From positions 2,420 to 66,419 of IMG/VR virus record IMGVR_UViG_3300006175_000006: a stretch of 64,000 bases of DNA; one strand, given 5' to 3'. The position numbers and the translations under genes are program-made. The notes beneath the pieces were generated by a model, which saw only the letters and a list, made by a program, of their open reading frames with translations, was not told the origin of the DNA and did not search any database. Shown here piece after piece: positions 57,138 through 64,000 of the stretch; position 1 is the first letter of the stretch, and the number at the start of each line of letters is the position of its first letter. Origin of the DNA: an uncultured virus (IMG/VR IMGVR_UViG_3300006175_000006) (taxonomy: Duplodnaviria; Heunggongvirae; Uroviricota; Caudoviricetes).

Positions 57138-58046
57138 ATGCTGCTTTTGCATTGTGGAGCCACCCCGAGACTGTGGGGCATGTTTCAGATGCCGACTGTC
57201 AACGGCTCCGGCGCAAGCAATGGCAGCATGGACGGCATGTGGGAGACGTTCAACTTCAACGCCGATTTCAAAGCGCCGATTGACGCGATCAAAGCCGCTG
57301 GCGGGAATTTCATGGCCGGGTTTCTAGCGGCGGACTTTCTGCGCAGCGGCAACATTTCAACGCCGACATTCCTTTCGCGGCTCACGCAGGTTATGGACTA
57401 CATGGCTTCGCAGGGGATTAATTATCTCCCCTACGCATACACCACACAAAGCGAATGGCTTTCGGGTCTGACACTGACTGCGGTTGGAAATCTGATCGCG
57501 GCGGAATGTGCGCTCTTGGGGAGCTATTCCAACCTCGCCGGATTTGTCACGCAGGATGAGCCAATCCAAGGTTCATCAATCACAGGGACGGAACTTACAT
57601 CGGTTTCAACGCTCTATCCCTATGCGCGAAATAACCTACCGGCGGCCGTGCCGGTTTGCGCTTGCCCAAATCCGCAAGGGAATGGGAACACAGTCGGTTC
57701 ATATGGCGGTCAGTCTCAGACCAACACCGACGCCGTGCAGGGATATTGTGAAGTTTTTATCTATCATCCGTTTCTTCAAATCACAGCGGCGAATTTTACA
57801 GCGGTTCGGGCGGCGTATCCGGGGCGGAAGATATGGTTTCCGTCTGCCGTAGACTCCGCCTACAACGGCGGAACCACGGCGGGCATTGTTAATTCGATCA
57901 TGGGCCTGACCCGCAAGGATGGGTTTAACAACTTCGGCTGGTTTGCGACGGTGGATTCGACCGTGGGAGACAATACCGGCTTTTTCGACGCCAGCTATAC
58001 GCCGCACGCGGCGGATCTGTCGCTGTTCCAGGCCAACATCGGATGA
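57138..58046 (+). CDS. Possible glycoside-hydrolase-fold protein
   Basis: Alternating alpha/beta pattern, FVTQDEP acid/base-like motif, YHP; weak. Confidence 0.4.
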   Translation: MLLLHCGATPRLWGMFQMPTVNGSGASNGSMDGMWETFNFNADFKAPIDAIKAAGGNFMAGFLAADFLRSGNISTPTFLSRLTQVMDYMASQGINYLPYAYTTQSEWLSGLTLTAVGNLIAAECALLGSYSNLAGFVTQDEPIQGSSITGTELTSVSTLYPYARNNLPAAVPVCACPNPQGNGNTVGSYGGQSQTNTDAVQGYCEVFIYHPFLQITAANFTAVRAAYPGRKIWFPSAVDSAYNGGTTAGIVNSIMGLTRKDGFNNFGWFATVDSTVGDNTGFFDASYTPHAADLSLFQANIG

Positions 58047-59128
58047 AAATTGCGGTCTACGCCATCGCGCGAAATGAGGCTCAGTTTGTTGAGCGTTTTT
58101 GCGAATCAGCGAAAGGCGCCGACCTTGTACTAATTGCCGATACCGGATCGGACGATGGGACGCCGGATCTGGCGCGGCAACACGGGGCAATCGTCCACGA
58201 TATTTTCATTTCTCCGTGGCGCTTTGACGTGGCGCGAAATGCCGCCCTCGCGCTGGTCCCCGCCGAAATCGACATTTGCGTGTCCCTCGACCTCGATGAG
58301 GAACTGCAGCCGGGATGGCGTGAGGAAATCGAGAGTGTATGGAAAGAGGGCGAGACGACGCGCCTTCGCTACGGCTTCGATTGGGGCCGTGGGATCGTTT
58401 TCCAGTACGAGAAGATCCACGCTCGCCGCGGCTATCGCTGGCATCATCCGTGTCACGAATACCCTGTCCCGGACCGGATTGAAGAAGTCTGGGCGGAGAC
58501 CTTCAAGCTGCTGGTAATCCACAAACCGGATAACACCAAAAGCCGCGGGCAGTATCTCGACCTGCTGGAATTGTCGATCGCGGAAGAACCCGACGATCCG
58601 CGCAACGGGTTTTATTACGCCCGCGAGCTTTCATTTCACCGGCGATGGGAAGAGGCGATTGCGGCGTGCAAACGCTATCTCGCGCTTCCAAGGGCTATCT
58701 GGGCAAACGAGCGGTGCTATGCGATGCGCGTTATGTCGCGCTGCTATGCCGAGCTTGATAACTACGGTGAGGCGATGGCGTGGGCACGGCGCGCAACCGC
58801 TGAGGCACCATCAACGCGCGAGCCGTGGTGCGAGGTGGCTACCCTGGCGTTTCGCATGGCGATGTGGCCGGAGTGCTTTGGGGCGGCCATGTCAGCGCTC
58901 GCGATCACGCATCGGGAGAGACTGTACACCTGTGATCCGGCGGTTTGGGGCGCGCTGCCGCATGATCTTGCCGCCATCGCGGCGTGGCACCTGGGCATGG
59001 CGTCCATTGCCATTGAACAGGGCAGGCTCGCCGTGGAAAAGGAACCTGGCAATCCGCGGTTGGTCGAAAACATGGCATGGTATGAAGGGCGCAAGACAAT
59101 CGCGACCGAAGGGGCGGCGAGTGGCTGA
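58043..59128 (+). CDS. Family 2 glycosyltransferase with TPR domain
   Basis: IARNE, DTGSDDGT, FDVARN, LDLDE, CHE, FYYAREL TPR helices. Confidence 0.9.
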   Translation: MKIAVYAIARNEAQFVERFCESAKGADLVLIADTGSDDGTPDLARQHGAIVHDIFISPWRFDVARNAALALVPAEIDICVSLDLDEELQPGWREEIESVWKEGETTRLRYGFDWGRGIVFQYEKIHARRGYRWHHPCHEYPVPDRIEEVWAETFKLLVIHKPDNTKSRGQYLDLLELSIAEEPDDPRNGFYYARELSFHRRWEEAIAACKRYLALPRAIWANERCYAMRVMSRCYAELDNYGEAMAWARRATAEAPSTREPWCEVATLAFRMAMWPECFGAAMSALAITHRERLYTCDPAVWGALPHDLAAIAAWHLGMASIAIEQGRLAVEKEPGNPRLVENMAWYEGRKTIATEGAASG

Positions 59129-59135
59129 GGTCGTC

Positions 59136-59336
59136 TTACGCTGCGGAAATAGGATAGCGACGATGCGGCCCACGGCGAGCGTCCGGCGCTCGCTTCAAAT
59201 CCATGCTGCGCTTGATGCGGTCCGCCCAATGCACGGAACGGTCGAACAGCGTCGCAACCTCATGGGCCGAAACACCGGCTGCAAGGATCTTTTTCGCCTC
59301 GGCTATCTCGCCTGGCGTAGCCTCGTCGTAAGTCAT
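59136..59336 (-). CDS. Small putative HTH protein antisense to late operon
   Basis: GAGGGG SD; GVSAHEVATLFDRSVHWADRIK. Confidence 0.5.
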   Translation of the reverse strand: MTYDEATPGEIAEAKKILAAGVSAHEVATLFDRSVHWADRIKRSMDLKRAPDARRGPHRRYPISAA

Positions 59337-59407
59337 AGGGCCCCTCTCAGTGCGCCCGGTTCTCTCTCTCCGGACACGGACGAAAGTTATGCACAGGGGA
59401 ATTTCGA

Positions 59408-60823
59408 ATGGAAGTAGTTTTCGGAACCCAGAGCTATGAATCGCGCGCTTTGCAGCTTTCGGCGCAACGGCTGGTAAATTGCTTTGTTGAGTCGCAACCG
59501 GAAGGAACGAAAAGTCAGGTGCCGTTGTTCGGCGCACCAGGGCTCACAGCCTTTGCGACACTTCCGACTTTTCCGATTCGCGGCATGTGGAATTACCGCG
59601 GCAATCTATGGGCGGTGGGTGGCGACTCGCTCTATCGCCTGAACGCAAACGCTGGCCTCAAGAAAATCGGGTCCGGGATTTCCGGATCGAAGCCCGTCGT
59701 CATGGCGGACAATGGCGTTCAGGTCATGGTTATCAACGGGCAGTCCGGCTACGTCGCCACGACCGCCACAGACGCTTTCCAACAGGTGAACAGCGCCAAT
59801 TTTTTCAGCGCCAACACCATGACGTTTTTCGATGATTACTTCGTGTTCAACCGCAACGGCACGAATCAGTTTTTTCTTTCCGCCTTGCTCGATGGCCTCA
59901 CCTACAACGGCCTCGATTTCGCCTCTGCAGAAGCCGATACGGGCCTTCTCGTCGGGGTCGGAAAGAACCTTCAACTGCTCTACCTGTTCGGCGCGACCCA
60001 CATTGAAATGTGGTATGACGCGGGATCACAGACCTTCCCGTTTGCGCGCTACGCCGGTGCGGTCATTCCACGCGGATGTGCGGCAGCAGGCACAATCATC
60101 GCTCAGGACCAGGCGCTTTTCTTCCTTGGCGACGATCGGATTTTCTACCGGCTGCAGGGCAATGAGCCGATTCGCATGTCGACGCACGGCGTCGAAAAGG
60201 CGATTGAGAGTTACGGCAGCAGCATTTCGGACGCCTTCTGCTTCACCTACACAATCCAGGGCCACAAGATGATCCACCTCACCTTCCCATCCGTGCCTCA
60301 CTCCTGGGTTTTCGACATCTCGACCCGCAAATGGCACGAACGCGAATCATGGGACGCGAACAACAACACCCTCAAGCGGTGGCGCGGGAATTGCGCCGCT
60401 GAGTGCTACAACAAGGTCCTGATTGGCGATTTTCAGACCGGGACAATCTGGAAGCTCGACTGGAACGCCTATGATGAGGGCGGCAACACGATGCAGATGC
60501 TCGCGCACTCGTCGCCAATCCACGCTGAAAAAACGCGCCTTTTCATGAACACGCTGGAATTGGACATGCAATCCGGCATCGGCTTGGCGAACGGACAAGG
60601 CTCCGCGCCGGTGGTTATGATGCGGTGGTCAAGGGACGGGGGCGAAACATGGTCGGCGCAACAGCCGCCGCGCTCGATCGGAAAGATTGGCGAATATAAA
60701 ACGCGGCAGCGCTGGAAAAATCTCGGGCAGGGCTACCAATGGGTTTTCGAAATCACGATTTCTGATCCTGTCCAACGCGCATTGATCGCAACCTATGTGG
60801 ATGCGCAGCAAGGCATGGCCTAA
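59408..60823 (+). CDS. Tail hub / DNA stabilisation protein (P22 gp10-like)
   Basis: MADNG, LDFASAE, STHGVE, WHER, RWSRDGG.TW, IGEY..R..W. Confidence 0.85.
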   Translation: MEVVFGTQSYESRALQLSAQRLVNCFVESQPEGTKSQVPLFGAPGLTAFATLPTFPIRGMWNYRGNLWAVGGDSLYRLNANAGLKKIGSGISGSKPVVMADNGVQVMVINGQSGYVATTATDAFQQVNSANFFSANTMTFFDDYFVFNRNGTNQFFLSALLDGLTYNGLDFASAEADTGLLVGVGKNLQLLYLFGATHIEMWYDAGSQTFPFARYAGAVIPRGCAAAGTIIAQDQALFFLGDDRIFYRLQGNEPIRMSTHGVEKAIESYGSSISDAFCFTYTIQGHKMIHLTFPSVPHSWVFDISTRKWHERESWDANNNTLKRWRGNCAAECYNKVLIGDFQTGTIWKLDWNAYDEGGNTMQMLAHSSPIHAEKTRLFMNTLELDMQSGIGLANGQGSAPVVMMRWSRDGGETWSAQQPPRSIGKIGEYKTRQRWKNLGQGYQWVFEITISDPVQRALIATYVDAQQGMA

Positions 60824-61536
60824 TGGCCGAGACCCCCAACGCACAATTCCCGGTTTCCCCGCCACTCGCGCAACTCCAACTCGTTGATCCGCGGACCGGC
60901 AAGCCAGCCCTTCCCCAAGGGCTGGCCTTTCTGCAGCAGATTTGGGCGGCCCTGCAGGGCAATGGCGGCGTGATCGACCAAACCACGGTCATCTTCAACA
61001 TGACCGGGGACGTAACGATCACCGCCAATGGCGTCAGTTCAATAACGCCCGGCGCGGTCACCACCGCCAAAATCGCCGATGGCGCGGTAACGACGCCAAA
61101 GATTGCCGATAGTGCGGTCACGACCGCGAAAATTGCAGCGCAAGCGGTCACCACGGCCAAAATTGCTTTGTCTGCGATCACCAATGCTCTGCTGGCGGCG
61201 CTTTCGGTTGCGACAGGAAATATTCAGGGCGGAGCCGTTACCTATCCGAAGATCCAGGCGGTTACGGATGGGCGTTTGCTCGGGCGTTCGGCAGGCTCGG
61301 CCGGCACCATGCAGGAACTCACCGTTGGCGCCGGCCTCAATCTCTCGTCCGGGGCTCTTTCCGGATATGTGTTCGTCGGGGTTGCCGGCAGTCTGCCATC
61401 GGCTTCATCGGCGGGCGTCGGCGGGCGCGCCTTCGTCACCGATGCGAACGCGACGACATTCGCTTCGATCGTCGCGGGCGGTGGTTCTAGCTCGGTGCCG
61501 GTTTATTCAGACGGGACGAATTGGCTGATCGGGTAG
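60823..61536 (+). CDS. Tail needle/fibre-like protein with GAVTTAKIAD repeats
   Basis: Four 10-aa repeats at 61051-61170; C-terminal VPVYSDGTNW. Confidence 0.65.
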   Translation: MAETPNAQFPVSPPLAQLQLVDPRTGKPALPQGLAFLQQIWAALQGNGGVIDQTTVIFNMTGDVTITANGVSSITPGAVTTAKIADGAVTTPKIADSAVTTAKIAAQAVTTAKIALSAITNALLAALSVATGNIQGGAVTYPKIQAVTDGRLLGRSAGSAGTMQELTVGAGLNLSSGALSGYVFVGVAGSLPSASSAGVGGRAFVTDANATTFASIVAGGGSSSVPVYSDGTNWLIG

Positions 61537-61629
61537 CGTCTGCCAAACGGCTGTGCTAAACGGAAATCAGGTTCAGCACAGCCAAGCCAAGCCAGCATAG
61601 ATCAATGCGACTGTCGGGGGCTGGCGGCT

Positions 61630-62187
61630 TTGGCGAATTCACCACCGTTTTTTATTCTGACGCTTCCGCGTTCGCGCTCAAAATGGCTCAGCGTTTTTCT
61701 GTCTTATCCGGGGCACGCTCCTTGCGGACATGACCTTGCGGTTGAGTGCGATAGCGTTGCCGACTTCCTCACTGCCGTGTCGTTGCGCAGCGGGACGGTC
61801 GAAACCGGCGCCGTGCTCGGCTGGCATCGTTTGGTTGAGCGTTTTCCAAAATCGGCCTTTCTCGCGGTGCATCGGCCGGTCAATGAAATTCACGCCTCTC
61901 TGAAAAAGCAGGGCGTCGATGTTCCTTATGCCGAGCTAACGCGCCGGGCTCAAATGCTTGAGGATTTTTCGACCTTTCCAGGCGTAATGAGTTGTTCCTT
62001 CTCCGAACTGGACAGCCCGAAGATCTGCGGCAGCATATTCGAGCGCTGCTTGAAGAGGACCTTCGATCCAATTTGGCACGCACGCCTGGCCGGCGAGAAT
62101 ATTCAGATTGATCTTAAGGCTCGCGTGGCGCGGCTTCGCAATCGTGCTCAGGCATTGGAACGACTCAAGGCAGAGGTGACCGCGTGA
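61630..62187 (+). CDS. Sulfotransferase-like (P-loop) protein
   Basis: FFILTLPRSRSKWLS resembles PAPS-binding PRSGT motif; VHRP..S. Confidence 0.55.
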   Translation: MANSPPFFILTLPRSRSKWLSVFLSYPGHAPCGHDLAVECDSVADFLTAVSLRSGTVETGAVLGWHRLVERFPKSAFLAVHRPVNEIHASLKKQGVDVPYAELTRRAQMLEDFSTFPGVMSCSFSELDSPKICGSIFERCLKRTFDPIWHARLAGENIQIDLKARVARLRNRAQALERLKAEVTA

Positions 62188-62642
62188 GCGCGTCCTTTGC
62201 CGTCGAACCATTGGATAGATTTTGGCCCGAAGCGGACGGGCTGATGGCGGCTCACACTCGCGAAGTCGATGCGTGTGATCCGGCCGATTACCGCTTTGAC
62301 GTCGCGCAAGCCAAAGCAATCGAAAACGCCGGGATGCTTGTGATCTGCACGGCCCGGGACGGGGGCAGGATCATCGGCTACTGCATCTGGTTTCTCTCAA
62401 CCTCGCTCGTCTGTGCCGGGCGGAAAATCGCCACGCAAACCGGGTGGTATGTGACACCCGATTCGCGCGAAGGCGGCCTCGGGCTGCGGCTGTTCCAATT
62501 CGCGATCAATGAATTGCGGCTCCGCGGCGTGGTCGAAGCCTTCCCGCATTTCTGGGCGAAGTCGTCGCCGCGCCTGCACCAATTCTTCGACCGCCTCGGG
62601 GCGGAGCCAGTGGAAAGCGTCTATCGGATGAGGCTCGCATAA
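62184..62642 (+). other. GNAT-family acetyltransferase
   Basis: TARDGGRIIGY, WYVTPDSREGGLGLRL, FDRLG. Confidence 0.75.
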
Positions 62643-62643
62643 G

Positions 62644-63390
62644 ATGGCTTGCATCAGCCTTCCGGCCGCAATGCTTATTGGTGGTGGAATTTCCGCGGCG
62701 GGCTCGCTCGGCAGCGCTGCTATCCAGTCCAATGCCGCGAGCGATGCGGCCGCCGCGCAAATGTCGATGTACAATCGCACACGGAGCGACCTTTCGCCGT
62801 TTATTACCGGCGGCGGTAATGTTTTCTCCGGCCTCACCGGGATTGCGCCGTCCATGACGGCAAATCTGGGCGCCGGTACCAATCAGCTTGCAACGCTTCT
62901 GGGCCTTGCGCCGGGCGGAATGGCCTCGGCCTTGACCGCGCTCCAAAACATGCCGGGCTATCAGTGGCAGCAACAGCAGGGGCAACAGGCTGTCGATCGT
63001 TCGGATGCAGCCAAGGGGCTTCTGCTTTCCGGCGGCCAACTCAAAGACACCATGGCCTACAATCAGGGCCTCGCGTCACAATCCTATGGCGGCCTCGTAA
63101 GCAACCTGCAGAACTTCAATAATTCGCTCACTTCGCCGCTTTACAATCTGTCCGCGCTTGGCGCGAACGCCGCGGCCGGGGTGGGAAGCGCCGGGATGCA
63201 GGCGGCCACGAACATGGGCAATGCCAATATGGCGGGTGCCCAGGCGATTGCCGGCGGGATTAACAACACCGGGTCTGCGCTCAACAATGCGCTGAGCAAT
63301 TACCTCATGACCCAGGGCGGCTCTGGCAGCAGCTACGGCACGCCGCCGGGAGTGGGAAATCCAAACTACGGCTACAACCCGAACGCATAG
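62644..63390 (+). CDS. DNA ejection / pilot protein (P22 gp7-like)
   Basis: G/A/Q-rich; PGYQW..GQQAVDRS.AAKG.LLSG..LK..YNQGLASQ.Y. Confidence 0.8.
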   Translation: MACISLPAAMLIGGGISAAGSLGSAAIQSNAASDAAAAQMSMYNRTRSDLSPFITGGGNVFSGLTGIAPSMTANLGAGTNQLATLLGLAPGGMASALTALQNMPGYQWQQQQGQQAVDRSDAAKGLLLSGGQLKDTMAYNQGLASQSYGGLVSNLQNFNNSLTSPLYNLSALGANAAAGVGSAGMQAATNMGNANMAGAQAIAGGINNTGSALNNALSNYLMTQGGSGSSYGTPPGVGNPNYGYNPNA

Positions 63391-63402
63391 AGGACCGCAG
63401 TT

Positions 63403-63675
63403 ATGAAGCACATGAAAATCTCCAAGATCAAAATGCCCAAAAGCCCGCGGCTTGAAGGTTCGCGGCCGCGGATGCATCGTCAGAAAATCTCGACCACGGG
63501 CAAGAGCGCCTTTCCTGCGGGCGGCCTCGGCTTTCCGGGTGCTGGCGGTACTGCTGGCGGCGCGGCCTTTGGTCCGGGTAGCGCAGACATGGGCGGCGCG
63601 CCTCCGGGTGGATCGCCGGCGCCACAAGATCAGGGCGGCCCTCCCAACATGGCACCATCGCTCCCGGGACAGTAA
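63403..63675 (+). CDS. Low-complexity protein (basic N-half, G/P-rich C-half)
   Basis: GAGG SD. Confidence 0.55.
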   Translation: MKHMKISKIKMPKSPRLEGSRPRMHRQKISTTGKSAFPAGGLGFPGAGGTAGGAAFGPGSADMGGAPPGGSPAPQDQGGPPNMAPSLPGQ

Positions 63676-63678
63676 TCC

Positions 63679-64000
63679 GTGGCTGAATACTATCCGTCCC
63701 TGCCCGCCATCACGCCGGTCATAAACCCGCTGCAATTAACGCTGGCGCGCAATCAGATGGCATTGTCGAACGCCACGACGCCTTTGGACATTGCGGCGGC
63801 GCAGGAAAGTTTCCAGCAAAAGAGCGCGCTTGATCCGCTGATTTTGCAGCAGCAGCGCACGCGCAACAGCCTTGAAGCCGCGCAAGCCCAGACGGCCCAA
63901 ACAACGGCGGACACGCAAAGCGGGCTGGCGCCCCTGACGGTTCAGGGCGCGACGGAAAGCGCTCAGGCCAACACGACGACTTTCCAGAACCAACAGATTG
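63679..64000 (+). CDS. Second ejection protein (gp20-like), 3'-truncated by window edge
   Basis: Open from GTG 63679 to end; A/Q/T-rich. Confidence 0.55.
   Translation, partial: MAEYYPSLPAITPVINPLQLTLARNQMALSNATTPLDIAAAQESFQQKSALDPLILQQQRTRNSLEAAQAQTAQTTADTQSGLAPLTVQGATESAQANTTTFQNQQI

Larger units (their letters stand above)
1..64000. mobile_element. Near-complete tailed dsDNA bacteriophage genome (P22-like podovirus architecture), apparently circularly permuted
   Basis: TerL, portal, capsid, tail hub, ejection, lysis, replication and recombination genes all present; no host housekeeping genes; window end (ejection genes) is what normally precedes the window start (giant ejection protein). 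Confidence 0.93.

Noticed and set aside
63403-63675. GSRPRMH as a third copy of the HGRPRTD tag
   Set aside because: Internal, only RPR shared; could be chance in a basic protein

Overview
The window is almost certainly most of one GC-rich, tailed dsDNA phage genome with a P22-like podovirus morphogenesis module, opened inside its ejection-protein region: the window ends in gp7/gp20-like ejection genes and begins inside a giant (>2,600 aa) polyvalent ejection protein. Order: polyvalent protein and tail genes (1-9.9 kb, +); an expanded lysis region with holin, secreted lytic transglycosylase, overlapping spanins and many small membrane genes (9.9-14.5 kb, +); promoter-bearing accessory genes including a fatty-acid hydroxylase/desaturase (14.6-15.8 kb); a leftward early operon with RecE/RecT, DHH phosphoesterase and HNH genes (15.8-26.3 kb); a short rightward unit with a RuvC-like gene (26.4-28.3 kb); a second leftward early unit with a truncated AAA ATPase (28.3-31.3 kb); a 0.6 kb non-coding region; replication genes (initiator, DnaB, MT-A70 methylase; 31.9-37.4 kb, -); and the late operon (TerS, TerL, portal, GroES-like, scaffold, capsid, adaptor, collagen fibre, glycosyltransferase, tail hub; 37.6-64 kb, +). 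No integrase, CI-type repressor, tRNA or CRISPR array was recognised. An alphaproteobacterial host is only an inference. The best leads are: an identical C-terminal peptide (HHFAHGRPRTD) on two unrelated small late proteins encoded by mostly different codons; a polyvalent ejected protein carrying a GHKL ATPase with a recurring linker motif; a probable virion-decoration module; three paralogous CPxC...WHG proteins, two inside repeat-flanked cassettes; and a conserved hairpin before three early genes. All family calls are by eye from motifs, without database searches.
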